Of a stretch of DNA of 64,000 nt, positions 1 through 10,121 are shown one piece after another (positions within the stretch are counted from its first letter, which is position 1; every line of letters begins with the position of its first letter). The stretch is taken from contig CBFGTM010000012.1 of NCBI GenBank assembly GCA_965652025.1, positions 8,992-72,991 of the forward strand. The letters run 5' to 3'. Source of the stretch: an uncultured Gemmatimonadales bacterium. Its GTDB lineage: Bacteria; Gemmatimonadota; Gemmatimonadetes; Gemmatimonadales; GWC2-71-9. A program made the position numbers and the translations under genes. The notes beneath the pieces are model-generated. The model was not told the DNA's origin, did not search any database, and saw only the letters and a list, made by a program, of their open reading frames with translations.

Positions 1-3000
1 CACCGGTGGTAGGGAGGGCGCCAGGTCGGTTTGGGTGGTCACTCTTCGCCGGATCAGGTCGCTGTGCAACAAACCCCTCACTTCACCAACCAGCTCGTTG
101 AGGTCAACCTTGGAGGGACGGGACCGGCCCTTTTTCAGGAGCGTCCTCAACCGGCCGATTACCTCCCCGGCCCTGCGGTCGTCCACCGCGATTTCCTCCA
201 GAATCACCCGGAGCTCAGTCAGGTCCGGGCTCGGGCGGGTCATGATTCGCTGCGCGGCCCGGGCGTTGGCCAGGATGGCGGCGAGTGGCTGATTTAGTTC
301 GTGGGCCAGTGCACCAGACAACTCACCGAGTGAGGCCACCCGGCTCAGGTGCGCCAGCTCCCGGCGCTGTTCTTCGGCCGTTGCTTCCGCCCGCTTCTCT
401 GCGGTCACATCCCGGATGAGGACGATGTAGCAGGGGGCGCCCGCCATCTCGACCGTCTCGGTGTGCACCATGACCTGGAGGATCTCGCCGGAACGGGTGC
501 GGAGCTCCATCTCGAAGTCTCGCAGCTGCCCTTCGATCTCCAGCTTTTTCCGTCCCCGCTCGCTCTGATCCTCTTGCACCACGAGGCCCAGGTCGTCGCC
601 GGAGCGGCCGATCACGTCGGCGCGAGCGTAGCCGAACATTGCCTCCCATTTCTCGTTCACCTCGAGCAAGCGGTAGTCCTTCCGGTCGACGATTGCCATC
701 GCATCCGGACTGGCATGAAACGCCTTGCCGAACCGCTCCTCTGAGCTCTTGAGGGCGCGCTCCGCCGAAACTCGCTCGGCGATCTCTTCCTGCAGCGCCA
801 CCACGGCCTCCGACAGGGCAGCGGTCCGCTGCTCTACCCGGGCCTCGAGTTGCTGCTGTGCGTCGCGCAGCTCCCGCTCGACAGTCTTCTGATCCTGGAT
901 ATCGGTACACGATCCGTACCAGCGACGTATCGCCCCAGTGGCGTCCCGGACCGGAAGCGCGCGAGCCAGATGCCACCGGTAGGTACCGCTGGCCGCCACC
1001 CAGAGCCGATGGTCGACCACGCAGGGTTCTCCGGTAGCGACCGCCCGCAGCCAGGCGTCGCGCGTCTCCTGCCGGTCGTCCGGATGGGTCATCGAGAGCC
1101 AGCTCTGCTCGGCGAGTACCGACTCGCTGGCCCCGGTCATCTCATACCAGCGGTGGTTGAAGTAGTCCAGCCGGCCCTCCCCCGTGGCGGTCCAGACGAT
1201 TTGGGGCATGGCGTCGGCCAGTTCGCGCAGCCGTGCTTCGCTCTCCCGCAATACCTGCTCCGCTTGCTTGTGCTCCGTGATATCGATGCATGACCCGATG
1301 TAGCCGGCGAATTCACCCGTCAGTGAGTAGCGAGGCACCCCCTGGTCCAGCAACCAGCGATATTCGCCGTCAGCCCGGAGGACCCGGTACTCCATGGTGA
1401 ACGGCTCCCGCGCATCGAATGACTTGTAGTAGGTAGCAAGACACGGCTGGAGATCGTCGGGGTGCACGCCTCGGGCCCATCCGTCCCCCAGCTCGTCTTC
1501 CAACCTGCGTCCCACGAACTCCAGCCAGCGCTTGTTGAAGAAGTTGCAGAGCCGGTCCACACCAGATTGCCACACCAGGGCCGGCGTGCTATCGGCCAGC
1601 TCGCGGAAGCGCGCCTCGCTTTCCCGGAGCGCCGCTTCCTCCTGCTGAAGCCGTTGGGCCAACTTGTTCCCGGTGATGTCGACGTTCACTCCCAGCATGC
1701 CGATCGGCCGCCCGGCGTCGTTGTAGAGCGTCTTCCCTTTGCCCAGCACCCAGCGCGGCTCGGCTTCCGGACGCAGGACTCGGAACTCACACTCGTAGGG
1801 CTTGCCTTCCCTGATCGCGGCCTCGATGGCCCGCTGGACCACAGGCCGGTCCTCGGGGCTGATCGAGTCGAGGAAGCCACGGAGGGTGTTGTCGGTGTCG
1901 GTGAGATGGAGACCCAGGATCTCCTTTGATTTCCGGGACCACCATCCGCTGTCCTCCGAAATACGCCACTCCCAGGTGCCCACCTGCGCTGCATCCAGCG
2001 CCAGGTTGAGCCGCTCCTCGCTGGCACGTGACCTCGCTTCGGCATGGCGCCGTTCCTGGATCACCGCCGCGAGAACCAGAAGCGGGATGGCAAATACGGT
2101 CAGGAAGAGCTGGATCGAGACGGCATTCTGGGCCGGGGAGCTGGTGAGAAAGGGACCGTGACCGTGAACCGCGCCCCAGATCGCCAGGCCGCTGACGATC
2201 AGGAGAAAAGTGCTGGTTCCCCGGCTACCGAATCGGACCGCCGCCCAGAGCACAAACGGAAGCGGTGCATAGAGCATGGCAGGAGAAGTGTTGATCCCCG
2301 CCTTACGGCCATTGAACACAATGATGGCGACGACGAGGATGGCGACCGTGAGCAACCCTGCTTCCAAGTACCGCTTCCCGGTGGCGAGCCGCAGGTCGGC
2401 GAACCCCTCTGTGGCCCAGCTGACGATCACCGGAACCAAGGTCAAGGAGGCCAGTACATTGGAAAAGAGGCGGTGTTGCCACAACTCCCAGAAGGAGCTC
2501 GACGAAGCATGACTCAGGGTCACCACCCCCGCATCGAGAAAGCACGACAGGAACGTACCGACGAAGGCGGCGCCGAAGATGAAAACACCCACATCGTGCG
2601 ACCGATCGAACCGGAGCGGACGGCGGAGCAGATGACGCACGGCCCAGGCACCGATCAGCGCCTCGCTGCAGTTGCTGACGAACCAGCCCATGACCAACAG
2701 GGGAGGAAAGCCGCTCGGCAGCTCCACAGCGAGGTGCGCCGGCAAGGCGCCCAGCAAGATGATCGGCCACCAGTTGGCCGGGGTGAGGAGGAGCGCGGCC
2801 AGCAAAATCGAGTTCGGCGGCCACAGCGTCGAGATCGGGCTGGGCCGCAGGGTCAGGGCGAGCCCGAGCTTGGCCCCAAGGTAATAGGCCACGGCGACGA
2901 CCAGGGCCGCTCGGAGGGCCTTGTGATTGGGAGCCCAGGACACCCGGAGCCCGATGTCTGTCAGGGGCCGATTGCGGGAGTGGGTCGCGGTACGAATCTG

Positions 3001-3018
3001 AGGTTCTGCCAAGCTCAT
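1..3018 (-). CDS. Sensor histidine kinase: N-terminal MASE1-type membrane domain, three PAS/PAC modules, HisKA; the 3' end (ATPase domain) runs off the window start
   Basis: Absent from the ORF track (no stop inside the window). My translation from ATG at 3018 gives MSLAEPQIRTATHSRN... It shows a multi-TM region (LGAKLGLALTLRPSPISTLWPPNSILLAALLL, MASE1-like), PAS signatures (AQVGTWEWRI, TPALVWQSG, MPQIVWTATGEG, HASPDAMAIVD) and the H-box ELAHLSRVASLGELSGALAHELNQPLAAIL at about nt 250-370. The frame is open to nt 1. Confidence 0.85.
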   Translation of the reverse strand, partial: MSLAEPQIRTATHSRNRPLTDIGLRVSWAPNHKALRAALVVAVAYYLGAKLGLALTLRPSPISTLWPPNSILLAALLLTPANWWPIILLGALPAHLAVELPSGFPPLLVMGWFVSNCSEALIGAWAVRHLLRRPLRFDRSHDVGVFIFGAAFVGTFLSCFLDAGVVTLSHASSSSFWELWQHRLFSNVLASLTLVPVIVSWATEGFADLRLATGKRYLEAGLLTVAILVVAIIVFNGRKAGINTSPAMLYAPLPFVLWAAVRFGSRGTSTFLLIVSGLAIWGAVHGHGPFLTSSPAQNAVSIQLFLTVFAIPLLVLAAVIQERRHAEARSRASEERLNLALDAAQVGTWEWRISEDSGWWSRKSKEILGLHLTDTDNTLRGFLDSISPEDRPVVQRAIEAAIREGKPYECEFRVLRPEAEPRWVLGKGKTLYNDAGRPIGMLGVNVDITGNKLAQRLQQEEAALRESEARFRELADSTPALVWQSGVDRLCNFFNKRWLEFVGRRLEDELGDGWARGVHPDDLQPCLATYYKSFDAREPFTMEYRVLRADGEYRWLLDQGVPRYSLTGEFAGYIGSCIDITEHKQAEQVLRESEARLRELADAMPQIVWTATGEGRLDYFNHRWYEMTGASESVLAEQSWLSMTHPDDRQETRDAWLRAVATGEPCVVDHRLWVAASGTYRWHLARALPVRDATGAIRRWYGSCTDIQDQKTVERELRDAQQQLEARVEQRTAALSEAVVALQEEIAERVSAERALKSSEERFGKAFHASPDAMAIVDRKDYRLLEVNEKWEAMFGYARADVIGRSGDDLGLVVQEDQSERGRKKLEIEGQLRDFEMELRTRSGEILQVMVHTETVEMAGAPCYIVLIRDVTAEKRAEATAEEQRRELAHLSRVASLGELSGALAHELNQPLAAILANARAAQRIMTRPSPDLTELRVILEEIAVDDRRAGEVIGRLRTLLKKGRSRPSKVDLNELVGEVRGLLHSDLIRRRVTTQTDLAPSLPPV

Positions 3019-3222
3019 GGATCTGGGTAGTATGGGCCAGATTGCCCATAGCCGCCAGCTATCGGCCCAGGTTTTCCGGGCGCATCTTAGACCAAGGTCC
3101 AGTATCCGGCGGCCGTCCGAGTGCTACCATCGCCTAATTCCGCCACTTACGTGGTCGTCTCCCGGGCTCGACGGCAGCGCTTCCTTGCTTGCCGACCAGG
3201 AGACGAGGCCTGAGGCTCATCC

Positions 3223-6200
3223 GTGATCCGCATCCGCGCCCGTGTCGTGCTCTTCCTGGTTGCCGGGGGGGTCCTACTCCTTTTATCGGCGCTGCTCATC
3301 CTGCGTGCCGGCGCCGATGTTCGGCTGGTAAACTCGCTGGCCGGGAGGGTGATTCCGGGGACCACAGCATCCGTGGCCGATGTTGCCGGCAACTACTTCT
3401 CGGGGGTCGAGCTGCGCGGTGTCCGAATCGTGCGGAACGATGGTGTCGTTCTTTTGCAATGCGACACCGCGCGCATCGGCTATAGCCTCAGGCAGCTGCT
3501 CTCCGATCGAATCACGATTCGTCGCATCCAGCTGATCGGGCCGGTCGTTACCCTGCACCAGTCGGACACCGACGACTGGAAGCTCTTCCCCCCTCAGCCG
3601 CGCAAGCGCCCTGGACCGCCGGGCAAGGATCGTGGCCCTGTCATCCAGGAATTTTCCATAGTCCGAGGAATTGCCAACTTCCGATCCGCTCGGGATCACT
3701 CTGCGCTGACCGTGCGCCTTGCCGCCCAGGGTTCATTGGACCTGCCCCTGCTCACGGTCCGCAACCTCATTGCGAAACTGGACTCCAGCACCGTACTGGC
3801 CAGCGGCTCCGTCTCGTTGCCCCTCCGTGGCAAGCAGCTCGACCTGCAGAGCCTGAATCTCGAAACCCGCCCCGTTCTGTTCCGCGAGCTTCGGACCTTT
3901 ATCCCGGCTCTGGACCGGCCAGGAGGCGCTCGACTCCGGGCCGTGATCAGCGGTCCCGAGCCACACGCAACCATTGACGGCGTCCTCTACGGTATCGACC
4001 CCACTCCCCTGTTGGGTCGCCGGAGTGCGACCGAGCCAATGGCCGGTCGAGTCAGTGCCGAGGTCACGGGGAAGTCGCTGACTCTACTCAGTGGCAACAC
4101 CAGGCTGGAGCTTTCCGGCGGACTTCATCGTGTGCGAGCCGATGTGGAACTCGACGGGGGAAGAGCTCGGGTCGACCTGAATGGGAAGCTTGGCACTGCT
4201 GCCGGCCGGATTACTGGCTGGCTGCGACCGTTTGACTCCATGCCTGGGTACGATCTCCATGCCCGGCTGCGGCTGCCTGGGGGTGGCGCGTTGCTCCGAG
4301 ATCCGCGCTGGCTGGGTACTGGTGAGCGGGAGGTAGCGCTCAGGGTTCAAGCCGAAGGATTGCCGCCCCACAATGCGAAGGGCGTGGCTACGATGCGCGT
4401 CGGGCCATCCAGCACTGGACTGCTCGATTCCGGTTGGGTCAAGGCTCGGCTTCGGGGCCGTGCACTGGAGTTTAGGGGACGGGTGGGACTGTCCGCTGCA
4501 ATAGTAGGACTGGAGGGCGCTGCCGACTGGGGCTCGCCCCTGAAGCTGCGAGTCAGTCGGGGGACCGTCGCCAACCTGAACCTTGCCGCCCTGCTGGGGG
4601 AGCCCCGGTTGAAGGCGCTGGACGGCCGATTCTCGCTGGAGCTCGGTGCCTTGCCCTCCGGACTCCAGCTCAAGGCCAGCTCAGAGCTGAACGACGCCGA
4701 AGTCAGGGTGAAGGCTCGGGCTAGGCTCGGCGGACCACGGCGCGGCGTGACCATATCCGAGCTTCGTTTCAGCCAATTCGATCTGCAGCGATTCCTCTCC
4801 ACCCAACGCTCAGCGACCCTTACCGGCATCGCCTCGCTCCAGGCTGTCGGACGAAATCTCAAGACCGGTCTTCTGACCGGAGAAGTACGGCTGGAGAACA
4901 GCCGGATCGACCAACATGAGCTCCGCCGGGCACGCCTCCTGGTTCAGCTGAATCAGGGTAAGGTCCAGGCCCAGGGTGATGTCGAGGCAGGCTCCGGCCG
5001 GCTTGCGTTCGCCGGCTCGGCTCGGCCGTTCGACCGGCGCCCGAGCTTCACCCTGCAAGAAGCCCGCTTCGCCGATCTGGACCTTGGAGGACTCCTCCAC
5101 AAGGAAAGATTCCGCACTCGACTGACTGGTTCGCTGACGTCCGAAGGAAGCGGTAAGAACCTGAAAGGGGCCCGGCTGGTTGGAAAGCTCGATCTCCGCC
5201 GGTCGTCACTGGATCGCGCCACGATCGACAGCGGTCGAATTGAAGCTGGACTCGACGGTGGTGAGCTCAGGCTGATTGGCCGGCTGAGCTCGGGGAGTGA
5301 CAGCGCCGTGATTGGTGCGGCGCTCTCTCCGTTCGAAAAACAGCCGAGGGTGACCCTGGTGACGCTGGTGCCGATCGCCCAGCTGGCGTCCGTTCTCCAG
5401 CCGAACCGTGCCGTTGACGCCGAAGGGGCCGCTTTGCTCGCTGTTTCAGGAGAACTGGGTCCTCCTGACAGCATGCGCCTCCAAGCCGAGGTGCAGGCGA
5501 ACGGACAGCTTGCCGATTTCCGGTTGGACTCGTTAGGAGCCAGCGTTCGATTATGGAATGGGGTTGTAAGCCTCGACAGCCTGTCGCTTCGGACCAACGT
5601 CGGAGCTGCGGGTGGTTCAGGCACCATGAGGTTGTTCGGCAATTCACGTCCTGGCCCGGTGGGTTTCCGTCTTACGGCCCGCCTGGCTGACCTGTCGCCC
5701 TTGGCGTCCTATTTCGGGACAGCCGACATGGGGCTGGATACCGGCGACATCAGAATCACCGCTAGTGGGGCCACGGACAGTCTGCAGGTGGCGCTCGACC
5801 TGAGTACTGCGGGCCTCGCGATAGGGGGGCGCAGGGTCGCCCAGCTGGCCGTCACGGCAGACGGACAGCTTTCCGGCACCCACCTCTTATCCGGTACTGC
5901 CGACCTGTCTGCTCGCGAAATCAGGAGCGGAAAGTCTTTCCTGCGGTCCATTCTCATCCAGGGAAGCGCGCGCGACGGGAACCTCAGCCTGCGGACCGAG
6001 GCGGTGGCCGATGCCCGCAACCGGGCACGAGTGGTGGCTCGGGTGAGTTCCGAAGCGCATGCGACTCGAGTGCAACTCGATACTCTGATTGCCCGCATCG
6101 ATCACCGCCGCTGGGCGTTGACGCACCCGGTGGAGATCAGCTACGGCGAGCGAATTCGGGTCAATGACTTCAGGCTTGCTTCCGGCTCGCGACTCGTCAC

Positions 6201-7950
6201 CCTGAACGGGGTCATCGATCCTCGGGGGGAGCAATCCTTCGATGCGGCGATGGATTCGCTCCGACTCCTGCCTGTTGCTCGGGCGCTCGGCCTCGATGAG
6301 GTGGACGGCGTCCTTAACGGAGTGGTGAGCCTGACAGGGCCCGCGCGGTCCCCCCGCCTTCGGGCAAAGTGGGATCTTGCGGTCAACTCCCGAGACCAGT
6401 CGGCCGGCCGGTCCGGCGGACAGGCCGTGTGGGGCAGCGAGGGCCTGAGACTCGACGCCTGGGTGTCTCCTCCTAAGGGTGACAGCCTCATCCTCAGAGG
6501 GCAGTTCCCATTGGCGCTCTCGCTGACACGCGGCGACCCCCGACCTGGCCTGGTCAGTCGTATGCCTGGGGGCCAGCTGGCAATCGATGCCCGAGCCAGG
6601 GACGTCGAAGTCAAGAAGTTTCAACCGCTGTTGGATCCAGAGCAGGTGCGGAACCTCCGAGGCAAACTCTTCCTCGATGTACACGCCCGCGGCACCCTGG
6701 AGGCGCCGCAGCTCTCCGGGTTTGTCAGTCTCAACGAGGGCAGGATCCAAATTCCCTCCCTAGGCGCGACTTATCGTAGCGACCTCAAGTTGCGCCTTAA
6801 CGGTCAAGAGGTCCGGTTCGAGCAGGGCCGCGTCCGGGGGAATAAGGGGCAGATGGATCTGAGCGGCACCGTGCGCCTGCAGGCCTTCCCCACCCTGGCC
6901 TTCGACCTCCGGTCCCAGGTCCAAAACTTTCGGGCCGCATCCTCCAACAATTTCCGGGCAGGGCTGACTGGAAATCTGCGGCTCGAAGGCACCGGCAAGG
7001 CTCCCCAGCTATCCGGCGCACTCCAGTTGCACGACACCGATTTCTATCTCCAGGCCAAGAATCTCCAGTCGTCCGCCGAGGCAGTCGAGCTCTCGCCGGG
7101 GGATCTACGAATCCTGGAGCGCCGCTTCGGGCCGGAAGTGGCCGAGCGCTCGCGGCAGCGGCGAGTCCTGTTGTCAAACTGGGGACTGGGACTGAACGTC
7201 AATCTGTCCCACAACAACTGGCTCCGGCGGCGAACCGATCCAGTCATGGCCGTCGAGCTCTCAGGGAAGGTTCAGGTCAAAAAAGCACCGGGCGAGGAGA
7301 TCCAGGTCTTGGGCGAGATCCGCCCCCTACTGGGCCGGAGCTTCGTGCAGCTCATGAGCCGTCGATTCGATCTCAAGTCCGGCGAGGTGACTCTGAACGG
7401 ACCGCTTAACCAGGCCCGGCTCGGGCTCGAGGCCGAGTACATCACTACCGAAGCGGGGGGATCGACCCCGGTGGTGATCACCGCGACGGTCCAGTCGGAC
7501 ACCGGAAACCTGGATGTAAAGTTGGGCTCTCGTCCGGTCATGCGCAGCGCCGACATCGCCTCCTACCTGACGACGGGACGCCCCGCAAGCACCGATCCGA
7601 CCCTGGAATCCGACGAACAGAGTGTGGGGACCATGGGAGCTTCCCTCGCCTTCGGCGCTGCTCTGGGAAGCGTGGCCGGCAGAGCCGGGCAGCGGATCGG
7701 CCTCGATGTGGTGCAGGTGCTCCAGGACCGCCAGGGCGGCCAGACGCTGGTCGGCGGCAAGTATGTCTCTCCTCCTCTCTATCTCGGTTTCCGGCAGGCG
7801 ATCGTGCCCCCAGCAAAGAACGACCGCTCCACGACCAGCCAGCAGGAAGCGGTAGAGTTCGAGGTGGAGTACGCTGCCCTCCGCCAGATGCTGGTCAATC
7901 TCCAGGGTGGCGGCAGTGACCTCCGAGTCTTCCTGAGACTCCGGCGGTGA
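3223..7950 (+). CDS. tamB: TamB-like translocation and assembly module protein (AsmA-like, DUF490-type C-terminus) with N-terminal signal anchor
   Basis: 1575-aa ORF with a GTG start followed by the hydrophobic anchor VVLFLVAGGVLLLLSALLIL. The body is long and beta-rich. The C-terminus (GGKYVSPPLYLGFRQ ... VEFEVEYAAL) is typical of TamB. The stop overlaps the next start (GTGA). Confidence 0.8.
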   Translation: MIRIRARVVLFLVAGGVLLLLSALLILRAGADVRLVNSLAGRVIPGTTASVADVAGNYFSGVELRGVRIVRNDGVVLLQCDTARIGYSLRQLLSDRITIRRIQLIGPVVTLHQSDTDDWKLFPPQPRKRPGPPGKDRGPVIQEFSIVRGIANFRSARDHSALTVRLAAQGSLDLPLLTVRNLIAKLDSSTVLASGSVSLPLRGKQLDLQSLNLETRPVLFRELRTFIPALDRPGGARLRAVISGPEPHATIDGVLYGIDPTPLLGRRSATEPMAGRVSAEVTGKSLTLLSGNTRLELSGGLHRVRADVELDGGRARVDLNGKLGTAAGRITGWLRPFDSMPGYDLHARLRLPGGGALLRDPRWLGTGEREVALRVQAEGLPPHNAKGVATMRVGPSSTGLLDSGWVKARLRGRALEFRGRVGLSAAIVGLEGAADWGSPLKLRVSRGTVANLNLAALLGEPRLKALDGRFSLELGALPSGLQLKASSELNDAEVRVKARARLGGPRRGVTISELRFSQFDLQRFLSTQRSATLTGIASLQAVGRNLKTGLLTGEVRLENSRIDQHELRRARLLVQLNQGKVQAQGDVEAGSGRLAFAGSARPFDRRPSFTLQEARFADLDLGGLLHKERFRTRLTGSLTSEGSGKNLKGARLVGKLDLRRSSLDRATIDSGRIEAGLDGGELRLIGRLSSGSDSAVIGAALSPFEKQPRVTLVTLVPIAQLASVLQPNRAVDAEGAALLAVSGELGPPDSMRLQAEVQANGQLADFRLDSLGASVRLWNGVVSLDSLSLRTNVGAAGGSGTMRLFGNSRPGPVGFRLTARLADLSPLASYFGTADMGLDTGDIRITASGATDSLQVALDLSTAGLAIGGRRVAQLAVTADGQLSGTHLLSGTADLSAREIRSGKSFLRSILIQGSARDGNLSLRTEAVADARNRARVVARVSSEAHATRVQLDTLIARIDHRRWALTHPVEISYGERIRVNDFRLASGSRLVTLNGVIDPRGEQSFDAAMDSLRLLPVARALGLDEVDGVLNGVVSLTGPARSPRLRAKWDLAVNSRDQSAGRSGGQAVWGSEGLRLDAWVSPPKGDSLILRGQFPLALSLTRGDPRPGLVSRMPGGQLAIDARARDVEVKKFQPLLDPEQVRNLRGKLFLDVHARGTLEAPQLSGFVSLNEGRIQIPSLGATYRSDLKLRLNGQEVRFEQGRVRGNKGQMDLSGTVRLQAFPTLAFDLRSQVQNFRAASSNNFRAGLTGNLRLEGTGKAPQLSGALQLHDTDFYLQAKNLQSSAEAVELSPGDLRILERRFGPEVAERSRQRRVLLSNWGLGLNVNLSHNNWLRRRTDPVMAVELSGKVQVKKAPGEEIQVLGEIRPLLGRSFVQLMSRRFDLKSGEVTLNGPLNQARLGLEAEYITTEAGGSTPVVITATVQSDTGNLDVKLGSRPVMRSADIASYLTTGRPASTDPTLESDEQSVGTMGASLAFGAALGSVAGRAGQRIGLDVVQVLQDRQGGQTLVGGKYVSPPLYLGFRQAIVPPAKNDRSTTSQQEAVEFEVEYAALRQMLVNLQGGGSDLRVFLRLRR

Positions 7951-10103
7951 GGCATTTAGGGTTCACTTTCCACTTCATGCTGGTCCTGTGCACCGGAGCT
8001 GCCCAGGCAGTGGTCAGCCAGTCTGCGGTGCCCGACATCCGGTCCTCTGCCCGGGTGAAGTCGATCGGATTTCGCTTCACCGGAAGTGAGAGCTTTACCG
8101 CCGCTGAGCTGGGAGGGGTCCTCGCTCTCAAGGGACGGAGCTCCTTGTATGGAATCCGCCGGGTCCTCGGTGAGCTCCCCTTGATTCAACCACCCGGCTC
8201 GCAGCGCTTCGATCCGATCGAGCTGCAGAAGGATGTGGTGCGCCTCAGCCGGTTCTACCATCGCTCCGGTTTCCTCCGACCGGCGATCGACTATGAACTG
8301 AAGGCCAATGCTGACGGGACCCTGGTGGACGTGACCTTCCGGATCGACGAAGGGCCGGCAGTGACCCTACGGGATCTCTGGATCGCGACTCGAGCGGGAG
8401 ACGCCGACGCAAACCTTCCCTCCTCGCTATTACCAGCGTGGAGCAGGCTCGAGGTTCAGCTCAGCAAAGCACGGGGGCATCGGTTCGGTGACGCAGAAGC
8501 TGCGCTGCTCCAAGATCTGACCAAGACCTGGCTGCAAGATCACGGGTATCCGCTTCCCCGAGTCCAGTTGTCACGCCAGCCCGACTCCAATCAGGTGGAT
8601 GTCACGCTTCGGGTGGAGCCAGGGAAGCGTCGGCGGGTCGGGACCATCGACGTGACGGGGAACCGCTCGGTCGCCGACGGGGTGGTTCTCCGAGAGCTTC
8701 CTTTCGAGACTGGAGATTGGTACTCGGCCGCTAGCCTGGCGGCGGCCAGAATGCGGCTGCAACAGATCGATCTCTTCCGCCAGGCCACGATCGAGCTGCA
8801 GCCCGGCACCGATGCCGACACCAGCGTCGGGGTTCAAGTGCAGGTCATGGAGTCGGGCCCCCGACTCTCGCTGGCCGAGGTGGGCTACATCTCGGAGGGC
8901 GCCGGGATTTCCGGCCGGGTGCAGTGGACTCATCCCAATTTCACCGGTGGTGCTCGGAGCCTGACCACATCGCTGGAGGTGCAAACCGGGGCGGGCGCGG
9001 TTACCGGCCCGGCCGAGAAGCTGCTGCGGGGCTCGGTCAGCTTGACTCAGCCGTACGTCTACCTCTCGCAACTCTCCCTGATCGTCGGTCCCTTCGCCGA
9101 ATACCGGGATGACCTGCAAGACCAGTCCACCGACATTGGCCTTTCGACGATCCTGCTCTACCGTCTAGGAGGATTGTCCTCGGTGGCGCTGGAGTATCGC
9201 TACAGCGCAAGCCACATCTACGAGTATCGCTTCGGCAATGCTTCGTCGGGATCGATCAACCTGGGAGAACTGCTCGCTCTCCAGGTCCCCTCTTTAGTAG
9301 ACTCCCTCGGGCGCGACATCGACCGGAGCTCACTGGCACTGAGCGGCTCGTTCGGCAACCTGGATGACCTGGCCAATCCCCGGCGGGGTTGGTCCATCCG
9401 CCCCCGGGCAGAGCTGACCATGCCGGCTGCGCTGAGCACGGTGCAGTTTGGCCGGCTCGACGTCTCGCTCTCCGGATTTTATCCCCTGAGCCGCAAGGCG
9501 GGCTTGGCGGCGCGGATCAGCGCGGGACGGCTGCTTCCGTTCGGGAAGAGCATTCCCGGGCCGCAGGACAATCCAGCTTACTCCTTGATCCGGCTGCGAG
9601 ACGAAACCATGACGGCAGGAGGCACCGACGATGTACGGGGATGGAGCAGTCGACTGCTGGGTCCCAAGTTTCCCGCCATCGAGGCCAACGTGGTGGGTGC
9701 CGACACCGTTCTCTCGGCTGACGGTTACGGTCCGATCGGCGCTCTGGCCCGGCTGACCGGAACGCTCGAGCTCAGGCTTCCCAGCCCGTGGATGTCGAGT
9801 GCGTGGGGAACCGCGCTCTTCCTGGACGCAGGGCGGGTTTGGACGCCGGATGAGCGGTTCCTCGTGCCGGCATTGGAAGGGGAGACCGACGTGCGCTTCT
9901 CCGCCGGCGCCGGTCTCAGCTATCAGACCCCGGTGGGTGCCGTGCGCCTGAGCCTGGGCTACAAGCTCAATCCCTCCGACTTGGATCTCCGAGACGCCAA
10001 CGATGTACTGAATGCCTTGCTCCAGGGCTTGCCCGTCACCGCTGCGGAGACAGCGTGGCTCCGTCGTCTCCATCTCCACCTTTCATTCGGCATGACACTG
10101 TGA
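7947..10103 (+). CDS. Omp85-family outer-membrane protein (BamA/TamA-like) with POTRA repeats and a C-terminal surface-antigen barrel
   Basis: 718-aa ORF with signal peptide MRHLGFTFHFMLVLCTGAAQA. POTRA-like segments are present (IKSIGFRFTGSESF, VTFRIDEGPAVTL, VTLRVEPGKRRRVGTIDVTGN). The C-terminal barrel ends LSLGYKL...HLHLSFGMTL. It is translationally coupled to tamB. Confidence 0.8.
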   Translation: MRHLGFTFHFMLVLCTGAAQAVVSQSAVPDIRSSARVKSIGFRFTGSESFTAAELGGVLALKGRSSLYGIRRVLGELPLIQPPGSQRFDPIELQKDVVRLSRFYHRSGFLRPAIDYELKANADGTLVDVTFRIDEGPAVTLRDLWIATRAGDADANLPSSLLPAWSRLEVQLSKARGHRFGDAEAALLQDLTKTWLQDHGYPLPRVQLSRQPDSNQVDVTLRVEPGKRRRVGTIDVTGNRSVADGVVLRELPFETGDWYSAASLAAARMRLQQIDLFRQATIELQPGTDADTSVGVQVQVMESGPRLSLAEVGYISEGAGISGRVQWTHPNFTGGARSLTTSLEVQTGAGAVTGPAEKLLRGSVSLTQPYVYLSQLSLIVGPFAEYRDDLQDQSTDIGLSTILLYRLGGLSSVALEYRYSASHIYEYRFGNASSGSINLGELLALQVPSLVDSLGRDIDRSSLALSGSFGNLDDLANPRRGWSIRPRAELTMPAALSTVQFGRLDVSLSGFYPLSRKAGLAARISAGRLLPFGKSIPGPQDNPAYSLIRLRDETMTAGGTDDVRGWSSRLLGPKFPAIEANVVGADTVLSADGYGPIGALARLTGTLELRLPSPWMSSAWGTALFLDAGRVWTPDERFLVPALEGETDVRFSAGAGLSYQTPVGAVRLSLGYKLNPSDLDLRDANDVLNALLQGLPVTAAETAWLRRLHLHLSFGMTL

Positions 10104-10121
10104 CCCCCGCGGCCCTGGCGA

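Noticed and set aside
2044-3049. Listed ORFs 2044-3030 (+, 328 aa) and 2303-3049 (-, 248 aa)
   Set aside because: They are Arg/Gly/Pro/Asp-rich low-complexity translations. The same DNA in the third minus-strand frame encodes a clean MASE1 membrane domain continuous with the PAS/HisKA kinase that runs to nt 1. They are GC-bias artefacts.
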